A model generated the notes under the pieces. It had not been told where the DNA came from, did not search any database, and worked only from the letters and a program-made list of their open reading frames with translations. Below, in pieces: positions 39,573 through 49,425 of a stretch of DNA of 55,644 nucleotides. The first letter of the stretch is position 1; the number at the start of each line of letters is the position of its first letter. Made by a program: the position numbers and the translations under genes. The stretch comes from a virus (taxonomy: Duplodnaviria > Heunggongvirae > Uroviricota > Caudoviricetes): the IMG/VR virus record IMGVR_UViG_2537561830_000005; one strand, written 5' to 3'.

Positions 39573-42500
39573 ATGGCAGAGCAAACCTCGCGTCTCGCAA
39601 TAATTATTGATAGCACTGGAGCGAAAAATAATGCTGACAATCTGACCTCCTCATTAGTCAAAATGACGCAGGCTGGGGAAACTGCTGCAAATAGCGCAGG
39701 GAAAGTGACTAAGGCAACAGAAGATGAGAAGAACGCGCTCGCAAAATTAAAAGCAGCTATTGATCCAGTTGGTGCCGCAATTGATACTGTCGGTCGACGC
39801 TATTCTGAATTAAAGAAATTTTTCGATAAAGGGCTTATTGATAAAGAAGAATATGAATTTCTTGTCCGTAAACTTAATGAAACCACAGAGGAATTGAGCG
39901 GGGTTGCGCAAGCGCAGAGAGAAGCCGAGAAGGCCGGAAAACTTGCTGCCGCCCAGCAGGAAGCGCAGGCTCAGGCCTTTCAAAGAATGCTGGACAAGAT
40001 CGACCCTCTGGCTGCGGCGCTAAGAAATCTTGAACAACAGCATGATGAACTTAATGCTGCGTTTGCATCCGGGAAAATAAATGGTTCTCAGTTTGAGAAT
40101 TATAGCCGAAAAATACAGGAAACACGGCGAGAGCTTACCGGAGAGGCTCAGGCAGAGCGAGAAGCAGCAAAAGCGCATGATGAACAGGTTGTTGCTTTGC
40201 AACGTCTGATTGCTCAACTTGATCCTGTCGGAACTGCTTTTAATCGTCTGGTAGAACAACAGAAACAGCTCAATGAAGCAAAAGCTAAGGGGATGCTTTC
40301 TCCTGAAATGTATGAGGAGCTTTCTGGAAAACTTCGTGCTATGCGGAGTGAGCTTGAGGTTACTCAATCACAATTAAGCAAAACCGGAATGTCGGCAAAA
40401 CAAACGGCTTTTGCTATGCGCATGTTGCCTGCACAAATGACGGATATTGTTGTTGGGTTGTCCACTGGTCAGTCGCCATTTATGGTGTTAATGCAGCAGG
40501 GCGGCCAGCTAAAAGATATGTTCGGTGGGATTGGCCCGGCGATCAAAGGGGTAGGTTCTTATGTGCTGGGATTAATTAATCCTTTTACCCTGGCCGCAGC
40601 AGCCGTTGGGGTCTTAGGACTGGCTTACTATAAAGGCTCTCAGGAGCAGGACGAATTTAATAAATCTCTTATTCTTACCGGAAATCAGTTGGGGACAACC
40701 AGCGGGCAATTGGGCGATTTAGCTCAACGTGCCGGGAATGCGGCTGATTCGACAACTGGTGCTGCGGCGGCAGTATTAAATCAGCTTGTGCGTTCGGGAA
40801 AGGTAGCGAGCAGTTCGCTGGAGCAAGTGACGACAGCGATAGTAAAAACGAGCGAAGTAACAGGAATATCAACCGAACAACTGGTTAATGACTTCAATGA
40901 AATTGCAAAGGATCCTGTCAGTGCCATATCAAAACTTAATGATCAGTACCATTTTCTGACACTTGCGACTTATAACCAGATTAAGGCGCTACAGGATGAA
41001 GGGAACCAGCAGGAGGCCGCCCGCATTGCGACAGAAGAATACTCATCCTCAATGATCCAGCGCACCAACCAGATTAAAGAAAATCTTGGTTATCTTGAGA
41101 CTGCATGGAAAGCTGTCGCAGACTCCGCAAAATGGGCATGGGATTCCATGCTGGATATTGGCCGTGAGGCCTCCCTTGATCAAAAAATCTCAGATGTTCT
41201 CCGTCAAATTGATGAAATAGAAAAAAATACCCGATCCGGAGTTTTCGGGTTAGGTGGCATTGGAGATGGCGGAGCTCAAAATAAAAGGCTGGCACGATTA
41301 AAGCAGCAATTGGGCGTACTTCAAGCAGAAAAAATTGCTCAGGACGTACTAAATTCATCAATAAACGATTACAACAAGCGACAACAGGAAGGAATTGAAC
41401 TCAGACAGAGAGCAGATGCCTTTTCAAAACAATATCAGACCCGGGAGCAGCAGAGAGCTAGTGAACTTGCAAAACTGGAAAAGCTAAAGAATCAGTATTC
41501 AAAGGAAGAATATAATAATCTTATCGCTCAAATAAATGAGCGTTATAAAGATCCAAAGCAACCAAAGGCGAAAGATTATTCTGATGATGCAGCCCAACGA
41601 ATGATTGATCATCTGAATCAACAGAATGCGTTACTAAGTTCACAAGCTGAGTTGACCGTTAAATTAAGTTCCTCTGAACAGGAACTGGTTAAGTGGCGTC
41701 AGCGGATTGCCGACCTAGAGTCACGACCATCATCGAAATTAACCCAGGATCAGAAATCGCTTCTCTTACACCGGGAAGAAATAACCACGTTGATGGAGAA
41801 AAATGTTGCGATTGAAAAAAATAACAGGCTAATCAAGGAATCCGCCGAAATAACAGCATGGCGTGATTCATTGCAGGCTTCGATTGATAATCGTCAGCAG
41901 GGGTATGATATTCAGATTGCTGGTTATGGGGTTGGCGATAAAAATCAGCAACGCCAGCAGGAATTACTGCGGATTGAACATGGATATAACAATCAGCGTC
42001 TGCAACTTGAACGTGACTATGCAGATAAATCCCGTGGAATGTCAGATCATGTTTTTCAAGAGAAAATGCAGGCTCTGAATGATGCTCTGGAACGGGAAAA
42101 AGAAATTGTCAGACAGAAAAACGAGCAGCTCGATATTCAGGCAGGAGACTGGGTTAGTGGTGCCTCCCAGGGATTCAATAACTGGCTGGATGACACTAAG
42201 GATATCAGTGAGCAGATAAAATCAACCACGACTCAGATGTTTGATGGGATGACCGATGCGCTGGGTGATTTTGTCACGACAGGCAAGGCAAATTTTCGTT
42301 CTTTCGCTACTTCCGTGATTTCGGATCTTAGTCGAATAGCATTAAAGGCTTCAATTACTGGGATTTTCGACAGCATTAGTAACAGTTCTTCTGGGGGGAT
42401 TTTAGGAACTATCGGGAGTGCTATTAGTAAATTTATTCCGAATGCAAAGGGCGGTGTTTATGAGTCTCCGTCATTGAGCACGTATTCGAACGGTATTTAT

Positions 42501-42806
42501 GATTCCCCGCAATTTTTTGCTTTTGCAAAAGGGGCTGGTGTTTTTGGTGAGGCTGGACCGGAAGCCATTATGCCATTAACACGAACTTCCGATGGTTCTC
42601 TTGGTGTCAGAGCTATTAATAGTAAAAGTGGTAATGGAGGCGGAGATATTACCTATGCCCCTGTATACCAAATCACTATTCAAAATGACGGCCAGAATGG
42701 AGAGATTGGCCCTCAGGCAATAAAAGCACTTATGGGGATGGTTGATCAGCGGGTGCAGGGCAATCTGTTAAATATGCGACGTGATGGGGGAATGTTAAGT
42801 GGCTAA
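39573..42806 (+). CDS. tail tape-measure protein
   Basis: 1077-aa coiled-coil-rich ORF with a Gly-rich central region, at the canonical position after the chaperone pair. Confidence 0.9.
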
Positions 42807-42840
42807 TACGGAAGAATTTCACTGGTTACCAGAGGATGGA

Positions 42841-43137
42841 ATGAAAACAGAAAATAAACCATCGATAAAAACTGTAAGATTTGGCGATGGTTATGAGCAA
42901 CGAAGTCCAAATGGACTTAATCATTCTCTGCGCGTTTTCACCTGTGATTTCAAAGTTGAGGCGAATGAACGTGATTCATTTGAAAAATTTTTAGCCCGGC
43001 ATGAAGGCTATAAATCTTTTTTTTGGCGCCCGCCGGGTATTAACAGAAAAATCAGAGTGGTGTGTCGAACGTGGTCAGCGACAGAACATATCACCTATAC
43101 CGATTTTTCGTGTCAGTTTGACGAAGTGGTGATCTGA
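42841..43137 (+). CDS. minor tail protein M (lambda gpM-like)
   Basis: Product MKTENKPSIKTVRFGDGYEQ... resembles lambda M; an upstream GTG at 42799 is an alternative start. Confidence 0.75.
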   Translation: MKTENKPSIKTVRFGDGYEQRSPNGLNHSLRVFTCDFKVEANERDSFEKFLARHEGYKSFFWRPPGINRKIRVVCRTWSATEHITYTDFSCQFDEVVI

Positions 43138-43835
43138 TGCAGGACATACAACAGGAAACGCTGAATGAATGCATTCGTGCGGAGCAGTCGGCCAGCGTGG
43201 TGCTCTGGGAAATCGACCTGACCGAGGTAGGCGGGGATCGCTACTTTTTCTGTAATGAGCAGAACGAAAAAGGTGAGTCTGTCACCTGGCAGAGTCGGCA
43301 GTATCAGGCCTATCCCATTCAGGGGAGTGGATTTGAGATGAACGGCAAGGGCAGTGCTGCCCGTCCGACACTGACGGTCTCTAACCTGCACGGCATGATC
43401 ACCGGGATGGCGGAAGATCTGCAGAGTCTGGTCGGCGGAACGGTGGTCCGGCGTAAGGTTTACGCCCGCTTTCTGGATGCGGTGAACTTCGTCAACGGAA
43501 ACAGCGAAGCCGATCCGGAGCAGGAGGTGATCAGCCGCTGGCGCATCGAGCAGTGCAGCGAACTGAGCGCGGTCAGTGCCTCTTTTGTACTGTCCACGCC
43601 GACTGAAACGGATGGCGCTGTTTTTCCGGGACGTATCATGCTGGCCAACACCTGCACCTGGACCTATCGCGGCGATGAGTGCGGTTATAGCGGTCCGGCG
43701 GTCGCGGATGAATATGACCAGCCGACGTCCGATATCACGAAGGATAAATGCAGCAAATGCCTGAGTGGCTGTAAGTTTCGCAATAATGTCGGCAACTTTG
43801 GCAGCTTCCTTTCCATTAACAAACTTTCGCAGTAA
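43137..43835 (+). CDS. minor tail protein L (lambda gpL-like)
   Basis: 232-aa product MQDIQQETLNECIRAEQSASVVLWEIDL..., closely matching recalled lambda L. Confidence 0.9.
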   Translation: MQDIQQETLNECIRAEQSASVVLWEIDLTEVGGDRYFFCNEQNEKGESVTWQSRQYQAYPIQGSGFEMNGKGSAARPTLTVSNLHGMITGMAEDLQSLVGGTVVRRKVYARFLDAVNFVNGNSEADPEQEVISRWRIEQCSELSAVSASFVLSTPTETDGAVFPGRIMLANTCTWTYRGDECGYSGPAVADEYDQPTSDITKDKCSKCLSGCKFRNNVGNFGSFLSINKLSQ

Positions 43836-43840
43836 ATCCC

Positions 43841-44585
43841 ATGACAGAGACAGAATCAGCGATTCTGGCGCACGCCCGGCGATGTGCGCCAGCGGAGTCG
43901 TGCGGCTTCGTGGTGAGAACGCCGGAGGAGGAAAGATATTTTCCCTGCGTGAATATCTCCGGTGAGCCGGAGGCGTATTTCCGGATGTCGCCGGAGGACT
44001 GGCTGCAGTGCAGAAATGCAGGGAGAGATTGTGGCGCTGGTCCACAGCCACCCCGGTGGTCTGCCCTGGCTGAGTGAGGCCGACCGGCGGCTGCAGGTGC
44101 AGAGTGATTTGCCGTGGTGGCTGGTCTGCCGGGGGACGATTCATAAGTTCCGCTGTGTGCCGCATCTCACCGGGCGGCGCTTTGAGCACGGTGTGACGGA
44201 CTGTTACACACTGTTCCGGGATGCTTATCATCTGGCGGGGATTGAGATGCCGGACTTTTATCGTGAGGATGACTGGTGGCGTAACGGCCAGAATCTCTAT
44301 CTGGATAATCTGGAGGCGACGGGGCTGTATCAGGTGCCGTTGTCAGCGGCACAGCCGGGCGATGTGCTGCTGTGCTGTTTTGGTTCATCAGTGCCGAATC
44401 ACGCCGCAATTTACTGCGGCGACGGCGAGCTGCTGCACCATATTCCTGAACAACTGAGCAAACGAGAGAGGTACACCGACAAATGGCAGCGACGCACACA
44501 CTCCCTCTGGCGTCACCGGGCATGGCGCGCATCTGCCTTTACGGGGATTTACAACGATTTGGTCGCCGCATCGACCTTCGTGTGA
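43841..44585 (+). pseudogene. tail tip assembly protein K (lambda gpK-like), frameshifted at ~44009
   Basis: Two overlapping track ORFs (43841..44077, 43962..44585) in different frames; the frames meet at CTGCAG-T-GCAGAAATG (44003-44018). Confidence 0.7.
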
Positions 44586-45154
44586 AAACGGGGGCTGAAG
44601 CCATCCGGGCACTGGCCACACAGCTCCCGGCGTTTCGTCAGAAACTGAGCGACGGCTGGTATCAGGTACGGATTGCCGGGCGGGACGTCAGCACGTCCGG
44701 GTTAACGGCGCAGTTACATGAGACTCTGCCTGATGGCGCTGTGATTCATATTGTTCCCAGAGTCGCCGGGGCCAAGTCAGGTGGCGTATTCCAGATTGTC
44801 CTGGGGGCTGCCGCCATTGCCGGATCATTCTTTACCGCCGGAGCCACCCTTGCAGCATGGGGGGCAGCCATTGGGACCGGTGGTATGACCGGCATCCTGT
44901 TTTCTCTCGGTGCCAGTATGGTGCTCGGTGGTGTGGCGCAGATGCTGGCACCGAAAGCCAGAACTCCCCGTACACAGACAACGGATAACGGTAAGCAGAA
45001 CACCTATTTCTCCTCACTGGATAACATGGTTGCCCAGGGCAATGTTCTGCCTGTTCTGTACGGGGAAATGCGCGTGGGGTCTCGCGTGGTTTCTCAGGAG
45101 ATCAGCACGGCAGACGAAGGGGACGGTGGTCAGGTTGTGGTGATTGGTCGCTGA
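44483..45154 (+). CDS. tail assembly protein I (lambda gpI-like)
   Basis: 223-aa product MAATHTLPLASPGMARICLYGDLQRFG..., closely matching recalled lambda I; overlaps the K 3' end. Confidence 0.85.
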   Translation: MAATHTLPLASPGMARICLYGDLQRFGRRIDLRVKTGAEAIRALATQLPAFRQKLSDGWYQVRIAGRDVSTSGLTAQLHETLPDGAVIHIVPRVAGAKSGGVFQIVLGAAAIAGSFFTAGATLAAWGAAIGTGGMTGILFSLGASMVLGGVAQMLAPKARTPRTQTTDNGKQNTYFSSLDNMVAQGNVLPVLYGEMRVGSRVVSQEISTADEGDGGQVVVIGR

Positions 45155-45214
45155 TGCAAAATGTTTTATGTGAAACCGCCTGCGGGCGGTTTTATCGTTT
45201 ATGGAGCGTGAGGA

Positions 45215-48200
45215 ATGGGTAAAGGCAGCAGTAAGGGGCATACCCCGCGCGAAGCGAAGGACAACCTGAAGTCCACGCAGCTGCTGAGTGTGATCGATGC
45301 CATCAGCGAAGGGCCGGTTGAAGGTCCGGTGGATGGATTAAAAAGCGTGCTGCTGAACAGTACGCCGGTGCTGGACACTGAGGGGAATACCAACATCTCC
45401 GGTGTCACGGTGGTGTTCCGTGCCGGTGAGCAGGAGCAGACACCGCCGGAGGGGTTTGAATCCTCCGGCTCCGAGACGGTGCTGGGTACGGAAGTGAAAT
45501 ATGACACGCCGATCACCCGCACCATTACGTCTGCAAACATCGACCGTCTGCGCTTTACCTTCGGTGTGCAGGCACTGGTGGAAACCACCTCAAAGGGGGA
45601 CCGGAATCCGTCGGAAGTCCGCCTGCTGGTTCAGATACAGCGTAACGGTGGCTGGGTGACGGAAAAAGACATCACCATTAAGGGCAAAACCACCTCGCAG
45701 TATCTGGCATCGGTGGTGGTGGGTAACCTGCCGCCGCGCCCGTTCAATATCCGGATGCGCAGGATGACGCCGGACAGCACCACAGACCAGCTGCAGAACA
45801 AAACGCTCTGGTCGTCATACACCGAAATCATCGATGTGAAACAGTGCTACCCGAACACGGCACTGGTCGGCGTACAGGTGGATTCGGAGCAGTTCGGCAG
45901 CCAGCAGGTGAGCCGTAATTATCATCTGCGCGGGCGTATTCTGCAGGTGCCGTCGAACTATAACCCGCAGACTCGGCAATACAGCGGTATCTGGGACGGA
46001 ACGTTTAAGCCAGCATACAGCAATAACATGGCCTGGTGTCTGTGGGATATGCTGACCCATCCACGCTACGGCATGGGGAAACGTCTTGGTGCGGCGGATG
46101 TGGACAAATGGGCGCTGTATGTCATCGGCCAGTACTGCGACCAGTCAGTGCCGGACGGCTTTGGCGGCACGGAGCCGCGCATCACCTGTAATGCGTACCT
46201 GACCACACAGCGCAAGGCGTGGGATGTGCTCAGTGATTTCTGCTCGGCGATGCGCTGTATGCCGGTATGGAACGGGCAGACGCTGACGTTCGTGCAGGAC
46301 CGACCGTCGGATAAGGTGTGGACCTATAACCGCAGTAATGTGGTGATGCCGGATGATGGCGCGCCGTTCCGCTACAGCTTCAGCGCCCTGAAGGACCGCC
46401 ATAATGCCGTTGAGGTGAACTGGATTGACCCGAATAACGGCTGGGAGACGGCGACAGAGCTTGTGGAGGACACGCAGGCCATTGCCCGTTACGGTCGTAA
46501 CGTCACGAAGATGGATGCTTTTGGCTGTACCAGCCGGGGGCAGGCACACCGCGCCGGGCTGTGGCTGATTAAAACGGAACTGCTGGAGACGCAGACCGTG
46601 GACTTCAGCGTGGGTGCGGAAGGGCTTCGCCATGTACCGGGGGATGTCATTGAAATCTGCGATGATGACTATGCCGGTATCAGCACCGGTGGTCGCGTGC
46701 TGGCGGTGAACAGCCAGACCCGGACGCTGACGCTCGACCGTGAAATCACGCTGCCATCCTCCGGTACCACGCTGATAAGCCTGGTTGACGGAAGTGGTAA
46801 TCCGGTCAGCGTGGAGGTTCAGTCCGTCACCGACGGACTTAAGGTGAAAGTGAACCGGGTTCCTGACGGCGTTGCAGAATACAGTGTGTGGGGGCTGAAG
46901 CTGCCGACGCTGCGCCAGCGCCTGTTCCGCTGTGTGAGTATCCGTGAGAACGATGACGGCACGTATGCCATCACTGCCGTGCAGCATGTACCGGAAAAAG
47001 AAGCCATCGTGGATAACGGGGCGCACTTTGACGGCGACCAGAGCGGCACGGTGAATGGTGTCACGCCGCCAGCGGTGCAGCACCTGACCGCCGAAGTCAC
47101 CGCAGACAGCGGGGAATATCAGGTGCTGGCGCGCTGGGACACGCCGAAGGTGGTGAAGGGCGTGAGCTTCCTGCTTCGCCTGACCGTGGCAGCGGATGAC
47201 GGCAGTGAGCGGCTGGTCAGCACGGCCCGGACGACGGAAACCACATACCGCTTCACGCAGCTGGCGCCAGGGAACTACAGGCTGACAGTCCGGGCGGTAA
47301 ATGCGTGGGGGCAGCAGGGCGATCCGGCATCGGTATCGTTCCGGATTGCCGCACCTGCAGTGCCGTCGCGGCTTGAGCTGACGCCGGGCTATTTTCAGAT
47401 AACCGCCACGCCGCATCTTGCCGTTTATGACCCGACGGTACAGTTTGAGTTCTGGTTCTCGGAAAAGCGGATTGCGGATATCAGGCAGGTTGAAACCACA
47501 GCCCGCTATCTTGGTACGGCGCTGTACTGGATAGCCGCCAGTATCAATATCAGGCCGGGCCATAATTATTATTTTTACGTTCGCAGTGTGAACACCGTTG
47601 GCAAATCGGCATTCGTGGAGGCTGTTGGTCAGCCGAGTGATGACGCATCCGGCTATCTGGATTTTTTCAAAGGCGAGATAGGGAAAACCCATCTGGCTCA
47701 GGAGCTGTGGACGCAGATTGATAACGGTCAGCTTGCGCCTGACCTGGCTGAAATCAGGACGTCCATTACGGATGTCAGCAATGAAATCACACAGACCGTC
47801 AATAAGAAACTGGAAGACCAGAGTGCAGCGATCCAGCAGATACAGAAGGTTCAGGTTGATACAAATAATAATCTGAACAGCATGTGGGCTGTGAAGCTGC
47901 AGCAGATGCAGGACGGACGCCTTTATATTGCGGGTATCGGTGCCGGTATTGAGAACACCCCCGACGGCATGCAGAGTCAGGTGCTGCTGGCGGCACACAG
48001 GATTGCGATGATTAATCCTGCAAATGGCAACACAAAACCGATGTTTGTTGGTCAGGGTGATCAGATATTCATGAATGAAGTGTTCCTGAAATATCTGACG
48101 GCTCCCACCATTACCAGCGGCGGTAATCCTCCTGCATTTTCCATGACACCGGACGGAAAGCTGACCGCTAAAAATGCAGATATCAGTGGCAGTGTGAATG

Positions 48201-48694
48201 CGAACGCCGGGACGCTCAACAACGTTACGATAAATGAGAACTGTCAGATTAAAGGGAAACTGTCAGCCAACCAGATTGAAGGCGATATTGTCAAAACAGT
48301 GGGTAAGGCTTTCCCGCGGGACTCCCGGGCACCGGAGCGGTGGCCATCAGGGACCATTACCGTCAGGATTTATGACGATCAGCCGTTTGACCGGCAGATT
48401 GTTATTCCGGCGGTGGCATTCAGCGGTGCTAAACATGAGAGAGAGCATACTGATATTTACTCCTCATGCCGCCTGATAGTGAAGAAAAATGGTGCTGAAA
48501 TTTATAACCGTACCGCGCTGGATAATACGCTGATTTACAGTGGTGTTATTGATATGCCAGCTGGTCACGGCCACATGACGCTGGAGTTTTCGGTGTCAGC
48601 ATGGCTGGTAAATGACTGGTATCCCACAGCAAGTATCAGCGATTTGCTGGTTGTGGTGATGAAGAAAGCCACCGCAGGCATCAGTATCAGCTGA
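45215..48694 (+). CDS. host specificity / central tail fibre protein J
   Basis: 1159-aa ORF, lambda J-like throughout. Confidence 0.95.
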   Translation: MGKGSSKGHTPREAKDNLKSTQLLSVIDAISEGPVEGPVDGLKSVLLNSTPVLDTEGNTNISGVTVVFRAGEQEQTPPEGFESSGSETVLGTEVKYDTPITRTITSANIDRLRFTFGVQALVETTSKGDRNPSEVRLLVQIQRNGGWVTEKDITIKGKTTSQYLASVVVGNLPPRPFNIRMRRMTPDSTTDQLQNKTLWSSYTEIIDVKQCYPNTALVGVQVDSEQFGSQQVSRNYHLRGRILQVPSNYNPQTRQYSGIWDGTFKPAYSNNMAWCLWDMLTHPRYGMGKRLGAADVDKWALYVIGQYCDQSVPDGFGGTEPRITCNAYLTTQRKAWDVLSDFCSAMRCMPVWNGQTLTFVQDRPSDKVWTYNRSNVVMPDDGAPFRYSFSALKDRHNAVEVNWIDPNNGWETATELVEDTQAIARYGRNVTKMDAFGCTSRGQAHRAGLWLIKTELLETQTVDFSVGAEGLRHVPGDVIEICDDDYAGISTGGRVLAVNSQTRTLTLDREITLPSSGTTLISLVDGSGNPVSVEVQSVTDGLKVKVNRVPDGVAEYSVWGLKLPTLRQRLFRCVSIRENDDGTYAITAVQHVPEKEAIVDNGAHFDGDQSGTVNGVTPPAVQHLTAEVTADSGEYQVLARWDTPKVVKGVSFLLRLTVAADDGSERLVSTARTTETTYRFTQLAPGNYRLTVRAVNAWGQQGDPASVSFRIAAPAVPSRLELTPGYFQITATPHLAVYDPTVQFEFWFSEKRIADIRQVETTARYLGTALYWIAASINIRPGHNYYFYVRSVNTVGKSAFVEAVGQPSDDASGYLDFFKGEIGKTHLAQELWTQIDNGQLAPDLAEIRTSITDVSNEITQTVNKKLEDQSAAIQQIQKVQVDTNNNLNSMWAVKLQQMQDGRLYIAGIGAGIENTPDGMQSQVLLAAHRIAMINPANGNTKPMFVGQGDQIFMNEVFLKYLTAPTITSGGNPPAFSMTPDGKLTAKNADISGSVNANAGTLNNVTINENCQIKGKLSANQIEGDIVKTVGKAFPRDSRAPERWPSGTITVRIYDDQPFDRQIVIPAVAFSGAKHEREHTDIYSSCRLIVKKNGAEIYNRTALDNTLIYSGVIDMPAGHGHMTLEFSVSAWLVNDWYPTASISDLLVVVMKKATAGISIS

Positions 48695-48712
48695 ATTTTA
48701 TAACCCATATAC

Positions 48713-48738
48713 GGGCGCCAGAAATGGCGCCTTTTTTA
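48713..48738 (+). terminator. hairpin terminator after J
   Basis: GGGCGCC-AGAAAT-GGCGCC then TTTTTTATT; analogous hairpins at 52655-52695 and 54045-54085. Confidence 0.55.
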
Positions 48739-48761
48739 TTGCAGAAAAGCGAGAGGTAATT

Positions 48762-49361
48762 ATGCGTAAAGTTTGTGCAGCCATTTTGTCCGCAGCCATT
48801 TGTCTGGCCGTATCCGGTGCGCCTGTATGGGCGTCTGAACATCAGTCCACGCTGAGCGCGGGGTATCTTCATGCCCGGACGAACGTTCCCGGCAGTGATG
48901 ATCTGAACGGGATTAACGTGAAATACCGTTATGAGTTTACGGACACACTGGGGATGGTGACGTCGTTCAGCTATGCAGGAGACAAGAATCGCCAGCTTAC
49001 CCGTTACAGCGATACCCGCTGGCATGAAGATTCCGTGCGTAACCGCTGGTTCAGCGTGATGGCGGGGCCGTCTGTACGCGTGAATGAATGGTTCAGCGCG
49101 TATGCGATGGCAGGCGTGGCTTACAGCCGTGTGTCGACTTTTTCCGGGGATTATCTCCGCGTAACTGACAACAAGGGAAAAACGCACGACGTGCTGACCG
49201 GAAGTGATGACGCTCGCCACAGTAACACCTCTCTGGCGTGGGGAGCTGGCGTGCAGTTTAACCCGACCGAATCCGTGGCCGTTGACGTCGCTTATGAAGG
49301 CTCCGGCAGCGGTGACTGGCGTACCAACAGTTTCATCGTTGGTGTCGGTTATAAATTCTGA
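48762..49361 (+). CDS. lomR: Lom-like outer membrane protein (Ail/Lom family), copy 1
   Basis: 199-aa product with signal peptide [24 protein letters not shown] and a C-terminal beta-barrel ending GYKF. Confidence 0.9.
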
Positions 49362-49387
49362 TTAGCCAGGTAACACAGTGTTATGAC

Positions 49388-49415
49388 AGCCCGCCGGTTC
49401 AGGCGGGCTTTTTTG
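49388..49415 (+). terminator. hairpin terminator after lom
   Basis: AGCCCGCC-GGTTCA-GGCGGGCT then TTTTTT; identical hairpins follow lom copies 2 and 3. Confidence 0.55.
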
Positions 49416-49425
49416 TGGGGGGAAT

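Noticed and set aside
43113-44231. 372-aa minus-strand ORF
   Set aside because: Antisense to the L and K genes; Pro/Arg-rich low-complexity translation with no start context.
46145-47998. 617-aa minus-strand ORF
   Set aside because: Lies wholly antisense within J, which is supported by full-length lambda-like similarity; long antisense frames are expected in this GC-rich coding sequence.
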